64,000 nt of DNA from Nitrospirales bacterium (GCA_963555755.3 OY820905.2:864001-928000), one strand, 5' to 3'. Numbered from the stretch's first letter, positions 10,483 through 21,906 are shown. Notes: generated from the letters alone by a model not told the origin. Translations and numbers: made by a program.

Positions 10483-12386
10483 CAGGGCTATTTCATATTA
10501 AAGTGTAACTTTATAGATAATAAGGAATAATCGATTTAGGCTGGCTTTTTCTTTTCGTTTACGGCATACTCTTTTGCATGCCAGACGAATCGCCAAGCGG
10601 ACAGCCGGACATTGATCTGAGGCAAGTCGTGGTTCGCCCAATTGTCCGAGACGAAAAGGACGCCTTCAAGACCCTTCTCGACAGACACCACTACCTCGGT
10701 CATGCCCCGCTGATTGGCCAATCGATACAATATCTCGCCTGTGTGCAGGATCGCTGGCTGGCCTTGCTGGTGTTTGCGGCGGCGGCCCTCAAATCGAGAC
10801 CGCGAGACCACTGGATCGGCTGGCCCCCCTGTTTTCAATGGCAACGACTCCATTTACTGGCCAACAACACCTGGTTTCTCATGCTGCCGGGCTGTTCGCA
10901 AAAGAACCTCGCCTCGAAAGTCCTGTCGCTCTGCGCGAAACGGATCTCGGCCGATTGGCAACTGTACCACGGCTACCCCTTGCTCCTCTTAGAGACCTTC
11001 GTCGATCCTGCCCGCTTCACCGGGACCTGCTATCGGGCCGCCGGGTGGCACGAGCTCGGTCTGACACGAGGGTTTCGCAAGTCGAACACGTGTTATGTTC
11101 AGCATGAGAGACCGAAGCGCATCCTAGTCGTGCGGCTGCATCCCCAAGCCCGAGAGATCCTTGCACGCCCGATGCTTGATCAGCCCTATCAGAAAGGAGA
11201 AGCGCCTCAGATGAGATTGAATACAAAACAGACGGACTCCCTCTTTACGTATGTGGTGCAGCTGACCGATCCCCGCCATTTGCAAGGGCAACGGCACACC
11301 CGACGCGCCCTCACGGCGATCATGTTCTGTGCCACCTTGTGCGGCGCGCGCGGCTATGAAGCGATCTCGGACTGGGCCCAGCAGTTATCGCAGCCGATGC
11401 GCAAGCGGCTAGGCTGTACTCAGCGAGGGGGGCGCTACCTCGTCCCGAGCCGCAGCACTCTTTACCGCTTTATCACGGCCGTCGACCCCTGTGAAGTCGA
11501 TACCCTGCTCGGCCGGTGGCTGGACACCTTCGGCGGGGAGGATCAGGGCATTGCCATTGATGGGAAGACCATGCGGGGGACGTCGAAGGTCCCAAGCGAA
11601 CAGACCCACGTCCTCAGCGCCGTCACCCATCAAGCCGGGCGCCACCTCACCCAAAAAAAGTTCACTCCAAGACCAATGAGATCCCCTGCGTGCGGCCCCT
11701 GTTAGATGCGCTCGAGATCGCAGGGAAGGTGATCACGGCGGATGCGCTCCTCACCCAGAAAGAGATTGCCGAGTACCTGGTGCACGAACGCGGCGCCGAC
11801 TTCGTCTTCACCGTCAAGGGAAACCAGCCCACCTTGAAGCACGACATTGAGGCCTTAGCGTTGCGAGCACGCCGGTGCGATTATGCCACCACCGAGAAAG
11901 GCCATGGGCAGATCACGACCCGCAGGATCTGGTGCGATGACTCCCTGAATGCCTATGTCAACTTTCCTCATGTCCAGCAAGTCTTCTGCATTGAGAGGGA
12001 AGTGACGCATCTCAAGCAGGGCCTCACGACCGTCGAAGCGGTCTGCGGTGTCACGAGTCAGTCCAAAGACAAGGCGGGGCCGAAGACCATCCTCTCGCAA
12101 AACCGAAAGCATTGGAGTGTGGAGAATAAGCAGCATTATGTGTTGGACGTCACCTTTGATGAAGACAGGAGTCAGATACGAAGTCTCAATGGCCCAATGG
12201 TCATGACCTGTCTGAGACGCTATGCCATCAGTCTCTTACGCCTGAAAGGCTACACCAATATCGCGCAGGCGTGTAGACTGCTCTGGGGCAAGCCCCATTT
12301 AGCCATCCGCATGGCCCTGCCCTGAAAAAGAGCGCACAAAAAACCTCATGGAATCCCTTGCTTATAAAAAGAATGAAATGGCCCTG
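10483..12386 (+). mobile_element. ISAs1-family insertion sequence, complete
   Basis: inverted repeats CAGGGCTATTTCAT / ATGAAATGGCCCTG; 10-bp target duplication GAAGCAGCCC at 10473-10482 and 12387-12396. Confidence 0.93.
10578..12325 (+). CDS. ISAs1-family transposase with N-terminal DUF4338-like domain, split by a -1 frameshift at 11654-11660
   Basis: ORF1: HHYLG, LLETFVD, GTCYRAAGW, then IAIDGKTMRG; the -1 frame continues KTNEIP, ITADALLTQ, HWSVEN..HYVLDVTFDED; slippery site A AAA AAG. Confidence 0.88.
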
Positions 12387-12475
12387 GAAGCAGCCCCTAA
12401 TGGGATTGATAAAAAATTTAAAATTTTCATAATGCCGTCACATGTAACTCATCTCATGAACATTCAAGAGCAACA

Positions 12476-12597
12476 GGGGATGTTCAAAAAGGTGCGCTCA
12501 GCAAGGCCGCAGGCCCTTTGACGCGCGGAGCGTACTCATAGTACGTGAGCACGACAAAGGGCCGAGAACGCCGCTGACGCCCTTTTTCAACATCCCC
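12476..12597 (+). repeat. family A repeat abutting the potD stop codon
   Basis: GGGGATGTTCAAAAAGG...CCTTTTTCAACATCCCC; identical to 13790-13911. Confidence 0.92.
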
Positions 12598-13670
12598 TAA
12601 TGGACTTTCAACTCCGTCCAGGCACGATCATAGTATCGAGTGGCTTCTCCGGCATCGACCATCCATTCCATACGAGCAATGACTTCTGGTGGAGGATACA
12701 CCGCGGAGTTATTTCGCACGGAAGGAGACACCAGATCTTTCACCAAACGATTCGCTGAGGCAAACAAAAGTCGCTCCGACGTAGTTTGAGCCACCTGCGT
12801 ATCAATAAGATAGTTAATAAATTCGAACGCCATCGACTTCCGCGGTGATGTGGCGAGCACGGTCAGACAATCCGTCCAAATAGTTCCACCCTCTTGAGGA
12901 ACGACATAGCGAATGGAAGGACGCTCTCGCATCGCTCGAGCAATTGGCCCACCCCAGGCATGGGCCAACACCACATCGCCGGTGACCAATAAATGATCGA
13001 ACGCTTCACTCGTATAGATCAAGACCAAGGGCTTCTGTGCAATCAGCTTTTGTTTGGCCTGCTCGATGAGCCGAGGGTCTTGACTATTCAATGAATGCCC
13101 CAGCGATCTCAGGGCCATCCCAAACACTTCCCGCTGATCATTGAGCATGCTAATCCGCCCCGAATACCGTGCATCCCATAAAATATTCCAACTCGTTGGC
13201 GGCTCCTGGATCGTCGCCGAATCGTAGCCTATGCCTACGGTACCCCACAGATACGGCACTGAATATTCCTGCGCAGGATCAAACGGGAGGTTTTTCAGAA
13301 AGGGCTCAATAAATTGCTCATTGGGAATGCGACGGTGGTCTACCTTCGCCAAGAAACCCAGCTGTGCCATGATGGACACCATAAAATCCGATGGCACCAC
13401 CACATCATAACCCGTCGCCCCGCTCTGCACTTTGGCCAACAGTTCTTCATTGCTACTAAACGTATCAACCACAACCCTGATGCCGGTTTGATCTTCAAAC
13501 CCATCAAGCAATTCTTGGTCCACATAATCCGACCAGGTGAAGTAATACAATTCCTTGCCGGCAGTATCCTCAGGCTGTGCACTGTTGGAGGATTCTCCAG
13601 TGTTCTGCCCACACCCAGCCAGTACCCCGACAAGGATCAGAAGACTGACGGCCACCCTACACAACGGCAT
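12597..13670 (-). CDS. potD: spermidine/putrescine ABC transporter substrate-binding lipoprotein
   Basis: WSDYV, FSSNEELLAK, YDVVVPSD, PYLWGTVGIGY; lipobox LAGC after MPLCRV (the ORF track start at 13754 lies in a repeat leader). Confidence 0.9.
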   Translation of the reverse strand: MPLCRVAVSLLILVGVLAGCGQNTGESSNSAQPEDTAGKELYYFTWSDYVDQELLDGFEDQTGIRVVVDTFSSNEELLAKVQSGATGYDVVVPSDFMVSIMAQLGFLAKVDHRRIPNEQFIEPFLKNLPFDPAQEYSVPYLWGTVGIGYDSATIQEPPTSWNILWDARYSGRISMLNDQREVFGMALRSLGHSLNSQDPRLIEQAKQKLIAQKPLVLIYTSEAFDHLLVTGDVVLAHAWGGPIARAMRERPSIRYVVPQEGGTIWTDCLTVLATSPRKSMAFEFINYLIDTQVAQTTSERLLFASANRLVKDLVSPSVRNNSAVYPPPEVIARMEWMVDAGEATRYYDRAWTELKVH

Positions 13671-13789
13671 CCAAGCTTTATTGAACGTTCGAGTTTTAAT
13701 AATCGCGTGTCTGGAACCATTGAATAATTGAAAATTTTTCATCATGCCGTTCACATGTGACTCATCTTATAAAACATCCAAGAGCAACA

Positions 13790-13911
13790 GGGGATGTTCA
13801 AAAAGGTGCGCTCAGCAAGGCCGCAGGCCCTTTGACGCGCGGAGCGTACTCATAGTACGTGAGCACGACAAAGGGCCGAGAACGCCGCTGACGCCCTTTT
13901 TCAACATCCCC
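13790..13911 (+). repeat. family A repeat between potC and potD
   Basis: identical to 12476-12597; ends immediately before the potC stop codon. Confidence 0.92.
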
Positions 13912-14679
13912 TCATTTTCGTTGAAAGACGAGCGATAGGCCAATCAGCAGCATGGACACCGTCACCAGAAGCGCCGACAGCGCGTTGATCTCGGGTGTGA
14001 TCCCGGTACGCATCATCGAAAATACTTTGAGGGGTAAGGTTGTGGCTCCGGGACCAGTGGTGAAAAACGTCACCACAAAGTCATCCAACGACAGGGTGAA
14101 TGCCATCAAACCGGCGCCCAACAATGCGGGACGAAGCAAGGGAAACGTGATATGCACAAAGGCCTGCCACGGAGTCGCGCCTAAATCACGAGCCGCGTCT
14201 TCCCACACGGGATCAATCTTGCGAAGCCTCGCCCGAAGCACCATGATCACCAACGGCAAATTAAACACACAATGTCCAATCGTCACCGTCGCCAGGCCAA
14301 GCGGCCACTCGATCATGACAAAAAACAGCAACAAAGCCACACCCAACATGACCTCCGGAATGACCAAGGGCAGCAGCAAGATTCCTTCAAGCAAGGGCTG
14401 GCTCGAAGCCCGTCCTCGCTCCATATACACGGCTGCGCCAATCCCCAACGCCAGAGACACTAATGTTGAAATCCCTCCAATGATGAGTGAATTGCTCGTC
14501 GCCAGCCACAACGCGTGATTTTCTGCTAATTGCCGATACCAGTAAAACGTGCCCCCCTCCCACACTGCGGAGATCTTTGAGGCATTGAACGAAAAAATGA
14601 GAATGACCACGATGGGGCCATATAAAAACACAAGCGTACCAGCACTGATTCCCGTAAGCCATCTGTAGCGACGATGCAT
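13912..14679 (-). CDS. potC: polyamine ABC transporter permease
   Basis: FLYGPI..LIIFSFN-like start, EDAARDLGA loop, SLDDFVVTFF; start at MHRRYRW. Confidence 0.9.
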   Translation of the reverse strand: MHRRYRWLTGISAGTLVFLYGPIVVILIFSFNASKISAVWEGGTFYWYRQLAENHALWLATSNSLIIGGISTLVSLALGIGAAVYMERGRASSQPLLEGILLLPLVIPEVMLGVALLLFFVMIEWPLGLATVTIGHCVFNLPLVIMVLRARLRKIDPVWEDAARDLGATPWQAFVHITFPLLRPALLGAGLMAFTLSLDDFVVTFFTTGPGATTLPLKVFSMMRTGITPEINALSALLVTVSMLLIGLSLVFQRK

Positions 14680-14681
14680 GG

Positions 14682-15527
14682 TTATCCCCAGAACTTCCGT
14701 CGTGTAAACATTGGGATGCCCACAACCACGACAAGCAACATCAAGACAAAGGATATGGCCGACCCAAAGGGCCAATCCCGAACTACCAAAAACTCATGTT
14801 GAATGAGCGTGCCCAGCATCATACTTTGCCCACCCCCCAACAAATGCGGCGTAATAAACGCGCCCACTGAAGGAATAAACACCAGGATACATCCGGCCAC
14901 AATCCCCGGTCTGGCCAAAGGAATGACCACATGCCAAAAAACCGACAAACCGCTGGCATAGAGATCCAACGCGGCTTCTTCAAATGAAGGACTGATACGT
15001 TCAATGGCGACATACAACGGGAGAATCATGAACGGCAGATACCCATACACCAATCCAATAAACACCGCACCGTTCGTATACAACAGGTCAAGAGGGGCAT
15101 CCAGAATCCTCAGATGCATCAACACACTATTGAAGAAACCTTCGGTCCGAAGCAGAAAGATCCAGGCATAGGTGCGGACAAGGAAATTTGTCCAAAATGG
15201 AATCATGACTAACAGAAGAAGGATATTCTGCATCCTGGGAGAAGATCGTGCCATCACATAGGCCAAAGGAAATCCTACCGCCAGGCAGACCACCGTCGTC
15301 GCCCCAGCCAGGAACAAGGATCGCCCATAGATATTCCAATACAACGGATCAGCCAAACGCAGGTAATTCTCGAAATTCAGGGTCCATTCAATACCACCGT
15401 ATAATCCGCGAGAGGCCAGGCTCACTCCGAACATGAGGAGTACGGGAATGCAGAAAAAGACTCCAAGCAGAAGGAGTGTCGGAAGTAAAAGAAATGACGG
15501 GTGGCGAGCGAGAGAAGAGTTCATCAT
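14682..15527 (-). CDS. potB: polyamine ABC transporter permease
   Basis: PFWTNFLVRTYAW, YLPFMILPLY, EEAALDL, DWPFGSA. Confidence 0.92.
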   Translation of the reverse strand: MMNSSLARHPSFLLLPTLLLLGVFFCIPVLLMFGVSLASRGLYGGIEWTLNFENYLRLADPLYWNIYGRSLFLAGATTVVCLAVGFPLAYVMARSSPRMQNILLLLVMIPFWTNFLVRTYAWIFLLRTEGFFNSVLMHLRILDAPLDLLYTNGAVFIGLVYGYLPFMILPLYVAIERISPSFEEAALDLYASGLSVFWHVVIPLARPGIVAGCILVFIPSVGAFITPHLLGGGQSMMLGTLIQHEFLVVRDWPFGSAISFVLMLLVVVVGIPMFTRRKFWG

Positions 15528-15570
15528 GAAAACACGAGCTGGACCAAAAACACGCGGAAATTCAAAAGGA

Positions 15571-16668
15571 CTACTGAGGAAAGATTAACCCATGTTGAGC
15601 CTCCCACCTGATAAAGGCTTTTTCACCAGGACAAAATCGGGCATTCCGATCAGGCTGGGAAGCCATGCGTACCGTCCATGAGAGATTCGGGGCTACAGTG
15701 ACCACATATTGCATTTCATCGCCCAGATAGAAATCCTGATTGATTTTGACCTCAAGTGAATTCTCTGTCGGACCACACTCGTGTTCGCGGGACAAGGTCA
15801 ACTGTTCCGGCCTGAGAATCATCACTACCCTGTTTCCCGTCATGCCCTGAGAGACACGAGGAATGTGAATGGGTTTGAGTCCAACGGATTGAAAGACACT
15901 ATGGGTTTCATTTGTGGCAAGAACCTCCCCCTCTAGTCTATTGGATTGGCCAACGAATTGCGCCACGAACAAACATCGAGGCTGAGAGTACAGCGCTTCC
16001 GGCTCACCAATTTGCATGAGCCGGCCTTCGTTCATCACGGCCACCCGATCGGACATGAGAAGGGCTTCCGACTGATGATGTGTAACACAGATAAACGTGA
16101 TGCCCACTTGTGCTTGAATCACTTTCAGCTCGCGCTGCATTTCTTGGCGTAATTGCTGATCGAGCGCACCCAACGGTTCATCGAGCAAAATCACGGCTGG
16201 GCGATTGACCAACGCCCGAGCTAACGCCACCCGTTGTTGCTCCCCTCCTGACAGCGCTGATGGCAACCGATCCGCCTTGCCCGGCAAATGGACGATCTCC
16301 AACACCTCTCCGACTCGTGCGGAAATTTCCGAATGAGCAACCCCTTGCATCCGTAACCCAAAGGCGACATTATTCCAGACGGTCAGGTGAGGAAATAACG
16401 CATACTCCTGGAAGACGGTATTAACCGGTCGTTGATTGGGAGGCAATCCCTTCATGGATTGCCCATCAATCACAATATCACCCTCGTCCGGTTGAATGAG
16501 ACCGGCAATCAACCGTAACGTTGTCGTCTTTCCAGATCCGCTTGGGCCTAAAATCGAAAAAAATTCGTCGCTCTTGACCTCAAAGGACAGGCGATCCACA
16601 GCCAACGTGTCCCCATGACGCTTTGTCAATTCGTTGATTTGAACACGGGGGAACTTTTCAGATTTCAT
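15571..16668 (-). CDS. potA: polyamine ABC transporter ATP-binding protein
   Basis: GPSGSGKT, RPVNTVFQEYALFPHL, LSGGEQQR, TOBE-like C-terminus. Confidence 0.93.
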   Translation of the reverse strand: MKSEKFPRVQINELTKRHGDTLAVDRLSFEVKSDEFFSILGPSGSGKTTTLRLIAGLIQPDEGDIVIDGQSMKGLPPNQRPVNTVFQEYALFPHLTVWNNVAFGLRMQGVAHSEISARVGEVLEIVHLPGKADRLPSALSGGEQQRVALARALVNRPAVILLDEPLGALDQQLRQEMQRELKVIQAQVGITFICVTHHQSEALLMSDRVAVMNEGRLMQIGEPEALYSQPRCLFVAQFVGQSNRLEGEVLATNETHSVFQSVGLKPIHIPRVSQGMTGNRVVMILRPEQLTLSREHECGPTENSLEVKINQDFYLGDEMQYVVTVAPNLSWTVRMASQPDRNARFCPGEKAFIRWEAQHGLIFPQ

Positions 16669-16992
16669 ACGGCGACTCAGTTGGAATGGCTACCTCTTCA
16701 ACAAGAAAACGATTTTAGGTGGCATGGAAAAATTATGTCAAATCAATCGCTTCGACCTAAGTCAAGTTTCACCTATCCCCATTCCCTCCAGATAACGCTG
16801 TCTGTTTCCGCTTGAGCATGTATTTGCTATGGGAATGAAATATTCGACAGGGCCCCTTATGCCTGTAGTCAAGACTATTGGACGAACAATTAACGCGGGC
16901 AAAAAGAAGGACGGCCCGGCTCCTCGCATTCCTAATTCGCTTTCCCTTAGAATACACGTCAATCATCTTGAACATCCAGAGAGCACATCATA

Positions 16993-17718
16993 ATGGCAAC
17001 GCAAGAACACCTTTCTTATCTCAAGCAAGGGCAGCAGATCTGGAATACATTTCGGAGGGAACAGCCTTCTATTCATCCAGATCTATCCAGTGCGAATCTT
17101 TCAGGATGGGACTTGGCGGGCTTCGACTTATCCGGAGCAAATTTAATGGACGTGAACCTCAGCCAAGCCAATCTCACCAAGACCATACTGACGGGCGCCA
17201 ATTTGGCAGAGGCGAATTTATTCGAAGCCAACCTGACTCACGCGGTTCTCAAACTCGCCAATTTAAACGAAGTTGACGCGGTCAATATCACGGCTATCCA
17301 AGCCGACTTTTCCCATGCGAGCCTGATCAAGGCAGACCTGTCTAAGGGGAACCTCACCGGCGCTAATTTTTCCGGTGCCAACCTGCATTACATTCATTTT
17401 CAAGGCGCCCTACTGAAAGGGGCCACCCTCCAAAACACGAAGCTCAGAGAATCCCATCTCGATGGGGCCATGCTCGCAGAAACGGATTTGAGCCGAGCTG
17501 ACCTGGGACAGGCCTCTTTAGCCCATGCAAACCTAGAGTGTGCGAATTTCATGGAAACCTCTTTGGTCCAAACCAACCTTCAAGGATCCTGCTTAATCGG
17601 GGCGTCGAACCTTACCCAAGAACGATTGGCGAAAGTCAAAACCCTCACTCATACCACAATGGATCCTACCCTGCTGGAACACATGACCACGAACTACCCT
17701 GGGTTATTTAAGGACTGA
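16993..17718 (+). CDS. pentapeptide-repeat protein
   Basis: long A(N/D)Lxx repeat run. Confidence 0.92.
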   Translation: MATQEHLSYLKQGQQIWNTFRREQPSIHPDLSSANLSGWDLAGFDLSGANLMDVNLSQANLTKTILTGANLAEANLFEANLTHAVLKLANLNEVDAVNITAIQADFSHASLIKADLSKGNLTGANFSGANLHYIHFQGALLKGATLQNTKLRESHLDGAMLAETDLSRADLGQASLAHANLECANFMETSLVQTNLQGSCLIGASNLTQERLAKVKTLTHTTMDPTLLEHMTTNYPGLFKD

Positions 17719-17779
17719 GGCCTACCTTTGCGACCACATTCCTTGGAAGGCCCCCTCGTCGAGGAGAGAAGATACACGA

Positions 17780-18673
17780 TTATAATCGACCAGGAAATGT
17801 TAGCTCAGCAATGCCTGATTTATCCAAATGACCCTTTCCGATTTCCATGAGGCATTGATATTGTTCATACGTGGCCTTCGCGACCGGTAAGGCCATTCCC
17901 AATTCTTCCGCTAGCGATAACGCAATACGGGAATCTTTCGCCGCATGCTCGGCTGAAAAATAGCATTCATGATCGCGAGCCTCCATATCAGCTCCATCAG
18001 TCTCCAAGACACGGGAAGCGGCGCCGGTTTGAGAGAACACTGCACGCAACAGGCCAATATCCACCCCTAACGCCGCCCCCAATCCTAATCCCTCAGCCAA
18101 GGCTACCGTGTTCGCATTCATGACCATATTGACCAGGGCTTTGACCTTGGCGGCCTCTCCGGCAGGCCCCATATATCGACATACCACGCTCAATGAGTCC
18201 AACAGTGGCCTGACCCGCTCAAACACGTCTCGTTTCCCACCACACATCAGATACAAGGTTCCTTCCCGCGCTTGCGTAATACTACTTGCCATACAGGCTT
18301 CAAGGGTCTCTCCCCCATGGCTGTTGACTACCCGCTCAACGTCACAATGCACGCGGGGCGACACCGTAGCACAATTGATAAAGATTCGACCTTGGGCATG
18401 TTGCACAAGACTGAACTCGGCCTCTTCATCAAAAATGGTCCGCATTACCGAGTCGTCTGTCACAACCGTCAAAATTATATCAGCGTGTTTCGAAATCCCG
18501 GCCGGATTGGCACACACGTCACAACCCAACTCCTGACCCAACGCGTCAGCCTTGGCACCATCACTGTCATACACACCCACAAGGGTATAGCCCACATCCT
18601 TGAGACGCCTGGCCATATTCCCACCCATTCTCCCCACACCAACAAACCCTATGCGATCCTGACCGTGTTCCAT
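17780..18673 (-). CDS. NAD(P)-dependent oxidoreductase, beta-hydroxyacid dehydrogenase family
   Basis: IGFVGVGRMG Rossmann motif; catalytic K in AAKVKALVN. Confidence 0.9.
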   Translation of the reverse strand: MEHGQDRIGFVGVGRMGGNMARRLKDVGYTLVGVYDSDGAKADALGQELGCDVCANPAGISKHADIILTVVTDDSVMRTIFDEEAEFSLVQHAQGRIFINCATVSPRVHCDVERVVNSHGGETLEACMASSITQAREGTLYLMCGGKRDVFERVRPLLDSLSVVCRYMGPAGEAAKVKALVNMVMNANTVALAEGLGLGAALGVDIGLLRAVFSQTGAASRVLETDGADMEARDHECYFSAEHAAKDSRIALSLAEELGMALPVAKATYEQYQCLMEIGKGHLDKSGIAELTFPGRL

Positions 18674-19061
18674 GATTTTTCCTTTCCTACATTGCCATGT
18701 TGAGCATCATACCCCAGCTGAAAACTCACGTCCTTTTCTTTCAGAAGAATCCTCAATAACCAACCAACGGGGACGAACCACGGGCAGCCATCATACGCTT
18801 AAGATTCACAATCCCGAAACCGATCACTTTCATACAGGCTCATTCAGGTTGAACTCAATACCTCATGATCAACACGATCCCCTCCCTTTCAGATGGTCTC
18901 ACCGGCCATCGTGAGGCAATGAGAAACAATCTGTTCCACCAAAAAGCCTGCCCCTTCCGTAAAACTACATGAGCCGGGTACCGTTTCGATCCTCAATATT
19001 TCACAACCAATTACGCACAGTCGAATTGATTTTCAAATAAAGAAAGGGACCAACCTCAAGC

Positions 19062-19748
19062 ATGGACATCCTCCTCGTGAGTCTCTTGATTTTTCTCTTC
19101 GTTGCCGGCGTCTTGGTTTTTACTCTTGGGGGAAAACCCTCGTCTAATACCGCTACCACAATTCCACCGATGGCTTGTCCACCAGGGTTTTCCCCATCAT
19201 TATCCTATCTGGAAAAATATGGTGACACCGGAATCGCCTATGATGAAAAACAGAAAGCCATCTGCATCTTGCAACCGGACGTACAGCACAGCCAGATCAT
19301 TTCCTATAAAGATATTTTGGTTGCCGCGGTGGTTGAAGATGAAAGTCTGGCTGCGAAATCCATGCGCACGGACGAACCTGGCAAGCAACTGCTTTCACAC
19401 ATTCTTTCTGAAGAGATCAAAGTCCTTTTTCAAGACCATACCGAACAGACAGAAGGAGAACAAAAAATTCCCTCCGGCGGAACCAGCAGCAACATCCAAC
19501 TCAGAATCCTCATCAACAATCCGGAACATCCGGTACATCACATCCATTTTCTGAATATGGAAGCAAAAAAAGGAGGCCTCATCCACAACGAAGCCGTGGT
19601 GCAGGTGAAAAACTGGCAGGATCTATTGAGCTTTTTGATCAGAATGGCAGGAAAAGTAGGGACAGGCCCAGGTCAGACCCCATCACCAGACGGCCAACTG
19701 GCCACCTCTCAACAGCAACCCGAACCGGCGGTTGCGGAACAAGCATAG
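19062..19748 (+). CDS. hypothetical membrane-anchored protein
   Basis: 228 aa ORF with single N-terminal TM helix. Confidence 0.65.
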   Translation: MDILLVSLLIFLFVAGVLVFTLGGKPSSNTATTIPPMACPPGFSPSLSYLEKYGDTGIAYDEKQKAICILQPDVQHSQIISYKDILVAAVVEDESLAAKSMRTDEPGKQLLSHILSEEIKVLFQDHTEQTEGEQKIPSGGTSSNIQLRILINNPEHPVHHIHFLNMEAKKGGLIHNEAVVQVKNWQDLLSFLIRMAGKVGTGPGQTPSPDGQLATSQQQPEPAVAEQA

Positions 19749-20082
19749 CCACCGACCCATCAGAGGGTCGGTCACAGTTTTCAGCACTTCCCCCAAGTAA
19801 GCAGAGCGAAAACCACACATTGGTGATCGCATTGTATTCACTCACCGCCCAGTAATCCTGAACACGAGGACTCCAGTTAAAATTGTTCCATCTGTTCCTT
19901 GCATCTGCCCACATCGCCGGCAAGATATAGATATTTTTACCTAGTTATTTAAACCCAAATTCAAACACATACAATCTCCCTACCCCCTCTTTTGGGGAAT
20001 TGCGCGACGCCATTGTTTCCGTGTCCAATAAGCCGTTAACTGTGTAGCTGACCCAGGTTGGGTTTCAATATGTGACGGATTC

Positions 20083-20979
20083 ATGTTTATGAAAAGCTTA
20101 ACCAGTACGAACGGAGCCCTCATCAGCATACTCATCCTGAGCGCAGGGCTCACGTGGCTCAATCTGGTCTCTCCCCTACCTCTGATCTCGCATCCCTCAG
20201 CATTACGGACAGGCGATGTCGAAACCATCAAACCCTTAGTCCTCGCCGGGATCGATATCAACTACCCAAATTCGAAAGGGATCACTCCGTTGCATGTGGT
20301 GGCACAAGAAGGCCATGTAGCCGTGGCCCAAATCCTCCTTCAAAACGGCGCCAATCTCCATGCTCGATATGACGACCTGTGGACCCCGCTTCACCTCGCC
20401 GCCCAGAACGGACATTTAGAAATGACTACCCTGCTGATCAATTACGGAGGAAGAGTCCTTGGCCCAAAGGACGACTTTTCCCCCTTACACTTTGCGGCGC
20501 AGGAAGGGTATCTCGATATTGCGCAACTTCTTCTCACGCATGACGCCGACGTCCGGGCCCGATACCAAAATGGATGGACACCCCTTCATCTCGCCGCGCA
20601 GGAAGGCCACACGCCGATGGTAACCCTGTTGCTTGAAAATGGAGCGCCAATCAACGCGATGACAGCTCAGGGCTTTACCCCACTCCATTCAGCGGCGTTT
20701 CTGGGCAGACTGGATTCCGTACGAGCCTTACTCGTCAACCACGCAACCCCCGAGGTCAAAGATCACGAAGGACAAACACCGCATCAGTTAGCGCTGGCAG
20801 GAGGATTTCACGACGTGGCACACTTGTTGTTTGAATTTGAGAAAACCGGAGAATTTCCAAAAGAGTTTCAGGACGGTTTCGGTGAAGGCCGAAGCACGAC
20901 ACCTTCCCTGCCGAGAATCCCAGATACCATGCCATTGATCGATTCATTTCCCGATGCGGGTTCTTGGGGTCAAGTGTAA
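20083..20979 (+). CDS. ankyrin-repeat protein, predicted exported
   Basis: six TPLH.AA..G-type repeats after a hydrophobic N-terminus. Confidence 0.92.
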   Translation: MFMKSLTSTNGALISILILSAGLTWLNLVSPLPLISHPSALRTGDVETIKPLVLAGIDINYPNSKGITPLHVVAQEGHVAVAQILLQNGANLHARYDDLWTPLHLAAQNGHLEMTTLLINYGGRVLGPKDDFSPLHFAAQEGYLDIAQLLLTHDADVRARYQNGWTPLHLAAQEGHTPMVTLLLENGAPINAMTAQGFTPLHSAAFLGRLDSVRALLVNHATPEVKDHEGQTPHQLALAGGFHDVAHLLFEFEKTGEFPKEFQDGFGEGRSTTPSLPRIPDTMPLIDSFPDAGSWGQV

Positions 20980-20988
20980 AGAAACAAT

Positions 20989-21110
20989 CGTGATGCGTGA
21001 TGCGTCAAGCGTGATGAGTAAGAGTGATGACACTCGTTATTCTTTCCCCGTTACTCTTTAGTCATTACTTTTTTCCATTACGGATCACGCATCACGATTT
21101 ACGAATCACG
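20989..21110. repeat. short heptamer tandem repeats in inverted arrangement
   Basis: CGTGATG-like units at left, CATCACG/ATCACG-like units at right. Confidence 0.6.
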
Positions 21111-21137
21111 ATTTCCTCCCCACCGCCCTTCACCCTA

Positions 21138-21446
21138 AGGACCTAAGAGAAAATAACTTGAACAATATCGCGCCAAGATTTGGGGCAGATTTGGACGGAA
21201 CGATTGAGAAAAACCCGAGGCATAGCACAGCTATGTTGAGGGTTTTTCGATTGAGGCCCGTTCAACCTAGAAACGGCAGTTGGGCGAAAAAAGCCGTGTA
21301 AGATATTGGTGTGCATGGTGCAATACAAAAAGTCGTGGTCGCCTTAGGGTTCGCGCAAGAATAACTTCCCCTGTTTGGGCATCGATCCATCCCGTCTGGC
21401 AGCGTTGCTCGTCCTTTCCATACCGAGGAGTATGCGCAGCCCTCGC
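21138..21446. repeat. pile of truncated elements: family E (21138-21265), family D half (21264-21345), family C (21346-21446)
   Basis: each block matches a complete copy elsewhere (37333, 43109, 39111). Confidence 0.88.
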
Positions 21447-21470
21447 CGGGAGGTCGATTCGGTACGGAGG

Positions 21471-21783
21471 CTCCGCCGCGCCCAACGCGAAGACCCACGA
21501 TCGAGGCAGAAAATGAAAGAGCAACCTTACATAACAATTGATTGTCATTTCGAGCGAAACGAGAAATCTCCCCCCAATGTCGAACGAGAGATTTCTCCCA
21601 AGGGTCGAAATGACAAAGGAGGGGTGGAAGTGCCAAGCAGTTTGCGAAATGACAGGAGGGAAAGCCTGACTTCCCGATTAAGGATGTCTGGAATGACGGT
21701 AAGGAAAATTGCTAGGTGGAATTGGGGGCAGGTATGAGTATTGAGTTTTCAACGAACTCTTTAAAATGTGGCTTAATAAAGGT
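21471..21783 (+). repeat. 313-bp direct repeat, copy 1, containing GTCATTTCG/CGAAATGAC REP-like units
   Basis: near-identical to 22810-23122. Confidence 0.92.
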
Positions 21784-21906
21784 TAACACCCACATTTTCT
21801 CAGAAATCTGAAACGGTAAAAGAAGCGAGCCTTCAGAAGGGAGATTTTTCCAACATGGACCATGAGAGGTGTTAAACAATTTTAAGGCCAATTCCGAGGC
21901 TTTAGG

